A DNA stretch of 63,061 bases, the filler included, from Rhabdomonas costata (taxonomy: Eukaryota), in the NCBI GenBank assembly GCA_019059605.1. It is 37 parts of 37 records of this genome, joined end to end, with 100 filler letters (N's around TTAATTAATTAA, not from the genome) between each part and the next. Parts side by side here need not be neighbours in the genome. Positions count along the whole stretch, not along the records: positions 37,573 to 39,180 come from JAHMHO010012097.1; positions 39,281 to 40,888 come from JAHMHO010012098.1; positions 40,989 to 42,595 come from JAHMHO010012099.1; positions 42,696 to 44,302 come from JAHMHO010012100.1; positions 44,403 to 46,009 come from JAHMHO010012101.1; positions 46,110 to 47,716 come from JAHMHO010012102.1; positions 47,817 to 49,414 come from JAHMHO010012103.1; 30 more parts are not named here. One strand, given 5' to 3'. Both the position numbers and the translations under genes were made by a program. Under the pieces are notes generated by a model. The model was not told where the DNA came from. It saw only the letters and a program-made list of their open reading frames with translations, and did no database searches. Positions 37,581 to 48,200 of the stretch are shown piece by piece. Positions within the stretch are counted from its first letter, which is position 1. Each line of letters opens with the position of its first letter.

Positions 37581-38510
37581 GACTTTGCCACAACCACCTA
37601 GGACAGTTTATTGGGATTTAAGTGGGTTAGGTCGACTTTGCCACCACCCATAGGACAGTTACCACCACGTCTTTCATGCAGCTTTGTGCATTTTCCTTTT
37701 CTCATCTTTTCTTCTGTAATGCCCAAACGCTGTACTGTTGCTGAGATTGTTGATTTGTGAAGAGACTACTTAGATTTCTTAAGGCATTATGGACGTTCAC
37801 TCTTCCTGCACAAGTGTGGATGTGGTTTGGCTGTGGAAAAGCGTAGATGAAGAGAGCAGTTGAGGTGCAAGGAGTGCCATCGTTGGATTTCTGTCAGGTT
37901 GGAAGTCTGCTGACGACTTTCTCTATCCCACTCGCTACTTGGTTGCTCTCTTTGGAGCTAGTAATTCAACGGTATCAAAGGTGTTCTACCTGATCCGTAT
38001 GTGTAACAAGAAATGCTGCGATGGATATGGTAAATCCTTGGGGTCCAGGCTGTGTGGTGGAGGTCGATGAAACAGAGTGCGGCCGTAAACGAAAATAGCT
38101 TCACGTGCACCACAGTTCGGTAAAAATGTATGTTTGGGGCGCCATTGATTGCAAAAAGAAGCTAGTGGTCTTCAAGCCGTTTAAAAAATGGCACTCTGTG
38201 GAGGACATGAGGCGTAATGGTCCTGCTTATGCTGCAGAGGGTCTACCTTTGGTGTCTCAGTTCATAGCGATTGGTACCACGGTGTTCAGCGATGGCCTTA
38301 AGGCCTAAAGTCACAACATGGATGACATGGGTTACTTTCACAACTCCGTTAAGCACGGCGACTGGCAGTTTTGTAAATCTAGAGCTTCTCAACGGATAAC
38401 AAGGGCGTTGAAGACAATGTGGAAGGTCCACACAAACACAATTGATGGCTACTGGGGCTGTTTCAAGAACTGTATCATGGGTAGGAAATATGAAATCCCT
38501 TCGCACTGAG
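37581..38510 (+). mobile_element. Merlin / IS1595-family (ISXO2-like) DDE transposase pseudogene with upstream subterminal repeats
   Basis: Zn ribbon KCGC...RCKECHRWISVR, GPGCVVEVDET..GRKRK, VWGAID, GTTVFSDG, GYFHNSVKH, VHTNTIDGYW. Several stops. Tandem GACTTTGCCAC..TAGGACAGTT at 37581 and 37634; ATG at 37719. Confidence 0.9.
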
Positions 38511-38857
38511 ACTCAGCCTCTATTCATCGCTTAGTTCATGTGGATGCATAATAGCTCTGTCTTTGAGCGGATTCTGGTGCTCTTGGGCTCCTACGCTCAC
38601 GAAGAAAATTTAGCGCACCAACTCTCTGCGCTGACATTGGACGAACACTAGATGTTGTCTGTTTGTGGCCTTTCCCATCCGTGTTCCACTTTTGGAGTTG
38701 TGCCGAAGAAAGACACCACTCACTCAAGACATGAATACACCTGGTAGGAATACGCACTAACCACTCACATCTTCAACCCATAATCCACAAACGCACCATC
38801 AGAGTCAATAACACCAACAGAAACCATCAATCGAGCATCACCACCATCAAGCACTAC

Positions 38858-39180
38858 ATGAAAGCTACCAAACAACTCTATACCACTACAGAAGGAACGC
38901 AACCGCCAACACCCAACACTTCTAAACCAACACCAGCAGCATCAACACAACACGCAACAAGCACTACAGTAGGAGCGCTAGGAACAAAAACAGAGCCAGT
39001 AATACAAACGCAACCAACACGCATCAATGAATCAGCAACACCACTAACACTACCACCCTCAGAACCAGTAACGCAGGAGCCATCAACACCACCAGGAACC
39101 ACACGACAACCAGGAATGCAAACAACGTCAACACCAACACTCACCACTACAACAGCAGACACAGGAAGCACACAAACACC
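38858..39180 (+). CDS. Thr/Pro-rich mucin-like low-complexity ORF, partial
   Basis: A/C-rich open frame only; may be non-coding. Confidence 0.25.
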
Positions 39181-39282
39181 NNNNNNNNNNNNNNNNNNNN
39201 NNNNNNNNNNNNNNNNNNNNNNNNTTAATTAATTAANNNNNNNNNNNNNNNNNNNNNNNNNNNNNNNNNNNNNNNNNNNNAA

Positions 39283-39429
39283 AAATGTTATGATTATAAT
39301 TTATGTGTAAAACCACATGTTTATTGTTCAAGTGATTGTTATTCTTTGATCTACTTATCAAATCTGAATAGATTTCTTCATGAAAATGATGAAATAGCAT
39401 TTAATGAAGATGATAAAATGAATGAATAG
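39283..39429 (+). CDS. C-terminal part of an AT-rich Cys-containing hypothetical protein (putatively viral)
   Basis: KCYDYNLCVKPHVYCSSDCYSL...EDDKMNE*, convergent with the next ORF. Confidence 0.55.
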   Translation, partial: KCYDYNLCVKPHVYCSSDCYSLIYLSNLNRFLHENDEIAFNEDDKMNE

Positions 39430-39457
39430 TTGTTTGATAATACAATTATTCATTCAT
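39418..39457. terminator. 16-bp hairpin between convergent genes (giant-virus-style 3'-end signal)
   Basis: ATGAATGAATAGTTGT / ACAATTATTCATTCAT, one G-U pair, 8-nt loop. Confidence 0.6.
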
Positions 39458-39508
39458 CTGAAAATTAAGTTCAATCAATTTTCTATTATCTCTATCAAGA
39501 TATTCATA

Positions 39509-39805
39509 TTATTTTTCTATTTTCTCTTTTAAATTTTTTACTCCTAAATCAATTTCATTAATTTCTTGTTTAAGTGAACTTAATTTAATAGATCTTTTAT
39601 AGTAATCTATGATATAAGTATCTGCATTATATGTTTTAGTAAAGATTTCATTGAAGACCTCACGGTGTTTGTCATATCTTTCCTCTTTCATTACTTCAAG
39701 TTCAGCTATAGCAAATTTACATTTATTGATCAGTTCATTATGGTCTTTAATATATTCATCTAGGATTTGTTTTTTTAATTGATCTGGAGCATTCATATTT
39801 TCCAT
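39509..39805 (-). CDS. 98-aa coiled-coil hypothetical protein (putatively viral)
   Basis: Complete intronless AT-rich ORF with an A/T-only leader and no Shine-Dalgarno. Confidence 0.75.
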   Translation of the reverse strand: MENMNAPDQLKKQILDEYIKDHNELINKCKFAIAELEVMKEERYDKHREVFNEIFTKTYNADTYIIDYYKRSIKLSSLKQEINEIDLGVKNLKEKIEK

Positions 39806-39819
39806 ATTTATATTAATAC

Positions 39820-39878
39820 TATATAAATTATTTTTTAAGTATTAATAATTTATATAATTTTCAAAATATATAAATTAT
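39820..39878. terminator. AT-rich palindromes downstream of the protease gene
   Basis: ATAATTTATATA (39845-39856) pairs with TATATAAATTAT (39867-39878), or alternatively with 39820-39831. Confidence 0.5.
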
Positions 39879-39934
39879 AAATTATGCGAATTATATTTAT
39901 TTAAATTTATATGTTTTTATGTTTCATCATAAAA

Positions 39935-40696
39935 TTAATTTACTATTGCGTAAAATTCAAAACACATATTAGGATTTAAGGCATATTCATATTTCATTCT
40001 GAAATATCCATTATTGGCAAAATCAGAACCATGACTGTTTAATATTTCAAATGTTTGTGTTTCATCATCATATCCCGTAATTACCACTGCATGCCCTCCG
40101 AGCATCTCGTCGTCTGGAAGTGGTAAGCTTAATATATCATTCTCTTTTGTTAATCTAAAAAAGTTTGTGTATACCATCATACCAAAAAGCACAGGTTGAT
40201 GTAAATGACCTATTATGTACTTAATAGCATATTTCGATGGTATAATCTGCTTGTAACTGGTTATAGGACATTTATTTATGGTGATTGCTTCTTCAAATAT
40301 TTCTTTAGGTGGTACAGAATTAACTTTTTCAATTTCATATGGATACTTCACTTCATCAATATAATGATAGTCATTTAATGCTGTAAAAATAGATTTTAAT
40401 GTCGCGCCGTGGTCTTCAACTGGCAACATTCTATTGTTATCAACATATCTAGTACAGAAATACAAATATAATCTGGAGATATTACATTGAACTTTATCAG
40501 ATATTTTCAAGAATGATGCTGTTGCATTTGCACTGCACGAATTACACGATAACTGATCGTATATTTGTGCTACTTTATCCTTTAAGCTATAACTGATTGG
40601 TAAGTCTACCATTCCTTCGCAACATATTGAAACTCTCCTGTCTATTGGCTCAGGTTTAGAACGTTTTAAACCAAAATATAACTTCTTTTCGGTCAT
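39935..40696 (-). CDS. Papain-like cysteine peptidase (C1 family), NCLDV/bacterial type
   Basis: YDQLSCNSCSANA (oxyanion Gln, catalytic Cys), SRLYLY...R, GGHAVVITGYDD (His), ILNSHG..F...GYF (Asn). No signal peptide or introns. Confidence 0.92.
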   Translation of the reverse strand: MTEKKLYFGLKRSKPEPIDRRVSICCEGMVDLPISYSLKDKVAQIYDQLSCNSCSANATASFLKISDKVQCNISRLYLYFCTRYVDNNRMLPVEDHGATLKSIFTALNDYHYIDEVKYPYEIEKVNSVPPKEIFEEAITINKCPITSYKQIIPSKYAIKYIIGHLHQPVLFGMMVYTNFFRLTKENDILSLPLPDDEMLGGHAVVITGYDDETQTFEILNSHGSDFANNGYFRMKYEYALNPNMCFEFYAIVN

Positions 40697-40829
40697 TTCT
40701 TATAAATACATAAGAAAATTTTATTGCGACCAATAAGTAGTTATAAATAAAGATGCTATTTAGAAAATCACATACATAATAAGAGATATGATTTCTAAAA
40801 TCATTCTATAAACTAACTTTAGATTTTTA

Positions 40830-40888
40830 TTATTGTATTATACAACATGTTTTATGTTTATCATCAACACAACCATAATTTTCTTTAG
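40830..40888 (-). CDS. C-terminal end of a protein with a CaaX prenylation motif (...KHKTCCIIQ*)
   Basis: Frame KENYGCVDDKHKTCCIIQ TAA TAA, followed by an imperfect hairpin at 40759-40799. Confidence 0.5.
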
Positions 40889-41939
40889 NNNNNNNNNNNN
40901 NNNNNNNNNNNNNNNNNNNNNNNNNNNNNNNNTTAATTAATTAANNNNNNNNNNNNNNNNNNNNNNNNNNNNNNNNNNNNNNNNNNNNGTGGGTGTGTTT
41001 GGGGTTGGGGGTGACAGGGATTTGGCCGGGGACTGCTCTTTTCAGCCCCACTTGAGGTTTGATGCTTGCAATCTGATTCATGGTTTTTGTATAAGATGGG
41101 GTTTGATATGCTGTGCTTGGGCCACCTGATCGTACTTCTTCTCTACCATTGTTTCCAGTATTGTGTGAGGGTGACGTGAGGTCCGGGTCGGATGCATGAC
41201 GCCACGTTGGAATTGTCCTAATTTGATTGAGAGGACCAATTGACGAGAGGGTGTGCAAGTGATTTTTGAGACCTTTCTCATCCATAATCTCAAGTTTCGC
41301 GACTGCTCGACACTTCAGGCACCCGTGTTTCGAGGGAAAGTCGTGGTTTGTGTTGGGGCCGAGTTTCCTTCACCCGTTCGCCCAAACGAAACCAGTGTGA
41401 ATATGGTTTCGAGTCGAGTTCGGTGCCTGGTTGCATCCATAGTAATGTTTACTCTTCGTTCCCACCTCAGTGTGCAAATGATTTTTGCATGAGAATGATA
41501 TCCAGCATCATCAAGTTTCTCACGAAACCCCAGATACCCACATTGACATTCTGAGCTGCGACACTTCCGTCACGTGGGCAGCAGCGGTAACCACACAAAG
41601 AAGAGAAAGAATTGCTGTGCAAGGATAGACAACAGGGATTTGTGAAGTGGGCAACTGCTAACAATGGTTTCACCACTGCTCGAGATTTCAGGCAACTTTG
41701 GCGGGAAGGGAACCGGTACGCTTTGTCCTCGTTTTCGGCTTTTAACTGTAACGGCTGTACAGTCCCTGAAACTTTTTCGGGGGCCTTGATGGCTCTCAAC
41801 TAGCAGAGCCGTGCCGGTGTTGTCGATATGGCGTTTTTTTACTGTGGCTTTCAAACGCTGGCTGTATTCCCCCTTTGTACAAACCACACGTTTCTTTTGG
41901 CGAGGTAACCTGTCAGTGTATCCACGTTTCCCTCTGCAG

Positions 41940-42032
41940 GGGTGATCTTGGTGGGTTCCTTGCTGGGGTCTGTGCTGGGAGTAGCGATGCTTGCGCTGGG
42001 TGTGGTGCTTTTGCGCCACATGAAGCGGAAGA
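41940..42032 (+). CDS. Transmembrane-helix exon of a single-pass membrane protein
   Basis: TTTCCCTCTGCAG acceptor and GTAAGC donor. Encodes VILVGSLLGSVLGVAMLALGVVLL-RHMKRK (TM helix plus positive-inside stop). Confidence 0.7.
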
Positions 42033-44834
42033 GTAAGCAGCGCCTGGCGTTTCCATGCTCAGGCGTGTTTACTTTTCAATGATTCTTGCGCTTTGAGCAA
42101 AAGGCGGGGCCGATGCGAAGTGTCCATGTAGTTCGACGGCAGAGTCACCAAACCAAAACCCAGCCAAAATGCTGAAGTCACTACAGCCTTCAAAAGGCTC
42201 TGGTTATCACAGCGCTCGAACTGCCCAGGCGTTTCATGACGAGTGATTGGCTTTCTGGAGTCCTATCGCATCAAAGGTGCCGGAGCCATTCCCCATTGCC
42301 GAGGGGGGGGCATGGATGGCCATGCGAAGTTGTCTGCGAGCGGGGAACTTGGCAACTGTGCATGATGGGAACGCGGTTTACTCATTGCATCTGGAGCAAG
42401 CGAGCAAATTGCTCGAAGCCGTTGACACGTTTCGGCCTCGCTACAACTTCTCCCCTGACCCGTAGGCAAATACGCAGCCATTCTTGCCCCTTTTTAGCCC
42501 TTTGGGCTTAGGCTGAAGATTGAGATGCCTCCGAGGGCTACCGCAATCTTTTTACTGTGACTCACCCGACCCCAAAAACCAACCACACCCAACACNNNNN
42601 NNNNNNNNNNNNNNNNNNNNNNNNNNNNNNNNNNNNNNNTTAATTAATTAANNNNNNNNNNNNNNNNNNNNNNNNNNNNNNNNNNNNNNNNNNNNGGTGG
42701 GTGCCATTCTTTGAGAGAGAGAGAGAGAGAAAGCGAGAGAGGTTTGGGTTTGCGTCTGAGTATGGTCGGGGATTCAGAAAATGCAATGCCGTCGAAGGAG
42801 TGAAATCTGGAATACAGAGAAACAAAGGGAGAGGGAAAAGATGGGAAGGCAAACGGGCCGCACAGAATGGGACCAATAATCATTCGGCCCCCGTAAGCGC
42901 AACATCCCATTCGGAGACAATACTTTCGAGATAGGCTGTGAAAAATTTCAGCATTCAGAACAGGAAGTCCTTGGTTGCGGGGGTGCCCAGCGGGGCAAAC
43001 CAACACACCTCCATTTAGGGATGTTTCCTGTCCGCCAGGTCTTTTCGGGGCAAACCTCTCTAAAACTAAATTAATCTTTATGTCCTTGCGATGGTGAATC
43101 TGGAAGGCTGTTAAAAGGCACTGCATAATATATCAGAGAGGCCATGTCTCTGCGATACAGTCGCAAACTGCTTTCAGCCAAAATCGTTCTGCTGGCTCTT
43201 GACAATGAATTCTGACTCTCCAAAACCACACACAATTGGGAAGGAATTTCGATCCAGGAATGACACCCACAACGGAGAATCAAACTCACTTCCAGCAACC
43301 AGTGGCAGCAAAGAGGAAGTCTGGCGTGCAGGGCCGATGGCGTTGCCAGTGTGCTAGCTTGGTCAGAAATAACACACAGCTGTTGGTCACAAACCGGTGG
43401 ATGCAACCACGCTGTGAAAACGAAAAAGAAGTCACACACACACAGAGATGGAGGGGCTGTAGACGGTCGACGGAAGACGTTGTTGACGTCGGAAACGCAA
43501 CAAATTCCACCCAATGTGCCTCTGATGCTGAGACTCAGACGAGGGAGGCAGCAGAACTAAAGATGCAGAGAGAGAGATGGACACAGAAACACAAAAGGAG
43601 CTGCGACGGGCATTGCAACAAAAAGACATTCTCATAACTTGTGGCATGACGGCAAACCAAAAAACAAAGAAAAGGCAGGGCCGTGAGTCGGCTTCGGACA
43701 GAGAAGGGAGATGGAAGGACCTGCTTGGTGCTGTAAATGCAGAAACTGCGCAGCACAAGCCGACACAAAAACGTAAAAGGGAACTCTGGGAAGTCCTTTC
43801 GTCCACTTCTTTTGCAATGGAACGGCACCCACGCAGGGGGGAAGGTCTTGAGGATGGATACCCAGCAAGACCTCGCTCTCCTCTGAGCAGCGTGCAGACT
43901 TCCATGAAGTGAGAACAGCAGAGTTGTACACACACAGAGAGTTCCAGCCCTAAAGACCTGAAAGTGCCACCAGTGACACACAGAGAAGTAGCTGGGCAGA
44001 TGCACGCTCCTCTCTCAACGGAGCTCAACACCGCACACAAAAGAAAAGAGCGTGAGAGGAAGAACGCATGAAAGCTCAACTGGATCGGGAACCTCCACAG
44101 AGATGAGTGAGCCTCTCTCCCAGTTTTCACACCGCCGATTGGGACACACACAGACTGGGCTGAGCTGCAGCCTTTGGGAAGGGAACCCCAGGGAACGACG
44201 AAGCCTTGCCAGGCGGGGTGGTCGAGCATGCGCTGCCCGGGCGGTAGCGCCCTCCCTGCCCCTCTCGACCATGGCGGAGAGCAAGCCAGATCCCCCCCAC
44301 AANNNNNNNNNNNNNNNNNNNNNNNNNNNNNNNNNNNNNNNNNNNNTTAATTAATTAANNNNNNNNNNNNNNNNNNNNNNNNNNNNNNNNNNNNNNNNNN
44401 NNGGGTTTTGTTGAGACCTACTCGTCGGACAGATGGTTACCATTTTACATTCTGACACAGCGTGATATGTGTTCCCACCCGAAGTTGGCGCCATTCTAAA
44501 AATCGAGCAGCATAGGCCAGCACGAGGAACTCTCGGGCAACATGAATGAAAGTGGAGGGGCTGGCTGGGAGATGCGGTTCGCAGGTGCTTGCTTTCCGTA
44601 AAGGCTTTAACTAGGCTGTTTTGTTAAACAGCTTTCTGGGGAGAAGAGGACAAAGAGTGGTCGCACACACCACCAAGCCACCACACTGGCAGAGTGGTAG
44701 ATGCCACAAACGGGAAGGAGGGAGGGCGAGAACAGAAGTGGCAGCGTCCAGGGGAAGTCCTGGGGTAAGCAGCAACCTGCCAGATTCCAACTCCCGTGCC
44801 CGCACACCAACCACCACTACCTCACCGATTCAGT

Positions 44835-44938
44835 TCAGCCGCTTCCGGCAGGAGGGGCCTTGACCATCTCGTTCTCCTCAATCCCAGCCTGCTGCATCAG
44901 CTCCGAGACGGACTTCTCCAGGTCATCAATTCGGGCTC
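44835..44938 (-). CDS. HSBP1: Last coding exon of heat shock factor binding protein 1
   Basis: CCCCGCAG|GARIDDLEKSVSELMQQAGIEE...* matches HSBP1 [20 protein letters not shown]. Confidence 0.88.
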
Positions 44939-47900
44939 CTGCGGGGCATGGTATGGCGCGGGGTACATACGGTGAAGGCCACATGGTAAAAGGGCGACTT
45001 GTGAAGCTTCAATTTCTTTGCTCAGACATAAGTGCATCAATGGTACGTTCCAATGACATAGGTTTCAATACGAGAATGAAAGGATGAGGTCATTTCGAAT
45101 GGTTTTAGCGAATTGTGGTACATTTTTGCAGCTGAATCCAGGTCAACAATTCGGCCTCCTGCGGGTAGAGGCGTTGCTCGGACTGATGGGCATCGCATGC
45201 AAATAAAATCAATGGATGGATATATGGAAATCGCGCACATCCATGGCATGACATAACAGGAAAGCAGGGGTAGGGTGAGGAGAACCTTCTGCCCTGAAAC
45301 ACGAGACACACCCACCTTCCCACCACGCACACGCGCACAGGCATACATAAGCAGAGTGGTAGAACGACTGAGCTGGTATACAAGTCTTTGAAGGACCTCG
45401 CTTCTGCAAAGATTCAGCTCAACGCAGCAAAATCGATACACCCCGAAAACCGATCGTAAACCCTGAAAAGGGTTAGATCCAGGAATCTGCAGTGTTTCTT
45501 TTGTAGCTTTTTACTAACGTCCCCTTTTCTTCCACAGGGTGGGGGAGGGTGGGGGAAGAACAGGGGATATGCTGCCTGTCGGGATTCCAACGAGAGAGCG
45601 CGGTCTATGGTGCGAAAACCCATGACAAGGCCAAAAAGAGGTCACACCTATCCTCTATCAGTATGCACCTGTCGCAGATCCTTCAGTGACCTCTGACCAG
45701 CTGCCAAGCGTCCCCACAACTGGAGGCGCTCTCAATGAAAATCAGTGCATGGAAACCAGAGACGAACCAGCAACGCGTAATCTCAGCAAAAAAAATCCTA
45801 ACACACACACACACACACACACCAAACCATTTGCTCTTGCAGAAATGTGATGGTCTTCTCGTCTCTCTTATGAAGCTGCGTGCCACAAAAAGCCCAAAGG
45901 ATGCGCACAGGACGCACGAAAGCAGCACAATAACAGACATTAACCAAAAGGATTCACGAACAGTTATCAGCGATCGTTAGCCAAACAAAATTCATTCCAG
46001 TTGTGCCGANNNNNNNNNNNNNNNNNNNNNNNNNNNNNNNNNNNNNNNNNNNNTTAATTAATTAANNNNNNNNNNNNNNNNNNNNNNNNNNNNNNNNNNN
46101 NNNNNNNNNGTGGTGGGTGTGGTTGGTTTTTGTTGTCCCCCACCCCTGCATTTTTGGCAAGGTTGTTGTATCTCTTTCTTGTCATTTAGCTTCTTTTTAG
46201 CACGCACTTTTCTCGTCAGTGCTGTCTTTTGCGACTTTGCAGCTCCAATTTTATGGCGTAGCTTTGGACTTGTAATGTAACGCAAATGTCAGTCGCGTTC
46301 TTATCTAAACAAATGCCCGACAACTTCAGCTAAAGCGGTCAAATGCAATTGCAAGCCACAAACCCTGCTCTAAGAATCACGACAAAATCACTGGAAACAC
46401 GCTACACGCTGAATACCTTAACAAACCGGGGAAATGGGGGATGGGGACGGCTGCCAACAAACCCTCCAAATTGTGCGCCTCGCCTTCTGGCGCCATCGTC
46501 TCCTTATTACACCTAGTGGGGCACATAGTCAAACAGTATCACACCTGATGCAATGTGTTGTTGTAGGCCTTTGAAAGTTGTTACATCGTGCCATCTCTTT
46601 GTACACCTCACCCTTGCACTTCTTTTGGACCAAACCCTTCTGGAATGTTCCAGGTCGGTTTTGCTGTTAGTTGTTTTCGATGGTTATTTGCAGCCTGTGC
46701 CCATTGTTCACCACGCTGCCGCGACGCCTTCGCTTTCCTCCGAGGGACTCACTGTGGCCGGGGATCGCGGGTATGTGCTTTGTGCCTTGCTGTGCGGGGT
46801 TTGTATGTGAGGGAGCAACTCGTTGTTCTCGCAATGTATTTGTGTTCTTTGAGGATCACTTGCTCCTTTCTGGTCACGATATGGGTAACGTTTTTGTCTT
46901 GAGAATGATGAAATTGTCGTTGGTACGTTGGAGAGGAGCTTTTCTTAAAAGCCGAAGCATGTGGGGCAGGATCGGGAGGTTCCATGGGGTGGATGACACC
47001 GTTAGCACTCCGAAACGTCAACGTCATATTCAAAGGCTTATGTTTTCGATGGGCAGATCTTGCCTGTTTTGTGCAGCTCACGCTCCTTTTTATGTTCTGT
47101 TTCCGACGATTCCCCATTTGGTCACCCAAACACAAACCCAACCCCGGTCAATCACATAGTGCAAAGGTTGTTTCTGCATGGAAGATCTGCGGATTCGGAA
47201 ATGCCCATTATCACGGGCTGGACTCTTTGCTCGAATTCTCCTACTATTCGCACACTCCGCAACGTGTCTTCACTCTCCGCCTAGCCTCTCTGAAAATTTT
47301 TAGGATAGTTCCTCTCTTAGATTCGTGTCTTTCACGATCCCCTTTGACATTTGACGATTTTTGATTGGCGTTTCTCGCACAAAAACTTGTCAGCCTCTGG
47401 GATTGATGCTTATCGATACATGACGGTAAACAGCTGGGGTGATTGGAGGCACCACCTCCGAAGCCGAAAGTTTCGCATCTACACCTAAACCTCGGTACCA
47501 GCGGCCAACCGAAACGAAGATCGGATCATATGATTTAAATGGCAGACCGTTACTAAACGGGCCCAGGAAGAAGACTAAACAACCCACGAAAGTCAAAGCA
47601 AACAACTGTCACGGATGCTGCCAAGCAAAGAAAGGAAGAGATCGGCCGAGGCATAAACCCCGCGAGCTCAAACAGAGAAAACATAGAAATCTTACACTTC
47701 TTAACCCCACCCCCACNNNNNNNNNNNNNNNNNNNNNNNNNNNNNNNNNNNNNNNNNNNNTTAATTAATTAANNNNNNNNNNNNNNNNNNNNNNNNNNNN
47801 NNNNNNNNNNNNNNNNGGTGTTGTGGTAACGCAGAAGCTACCTGACAGGAAATTCAACAACGTGGCCATGCAAACGTACTATCAAACAAGGCTTGGGGAG

Positions 47901-47979
47901 GTTGGAAGTGTAGAAAATGTCGGAGGGGAATTTCCAATTCTACCATCCGCAGTCTGTTGAAGGGACGATGTTTGACAAA

Positions 47980-48200
47980 GAACTCTTTTGCAGTATCTGT
48001 TTGTCAGAGGTTTGGAAGGGGACATCCAGGACAAAGTGATGGCAAAGAATCCGAGGACCCATACAGAGGCAATGAGTAGGGCCTGGGAGCATTCAAAAAG
48101 CCGAGACCCACTCCACAAGTGATTTGGTGATTCCAGAGGGCGCGGTTTAGAGAAGAGTCGCGGAGGGGGGTGAGGCAATAGATTTAGATGCCATACGTTA
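47980..48200 (+). mobile_element. Degenerate Ty3/Gypsy gag fragment
   Basis: LFVRGLEGDIQDKVMAKNPRTHTEAMSRA (F+.GL...I+..V....P.T..EA+..A) and downstream EAIDLDAI (PMDLDA-like). Confidence 0.6.

Noticed and set aside
46720-46800. IPGHS on the minus strand as a LINE RNase H motif
   Set aside because: The following GNExAD is absent and no other motif supports it.
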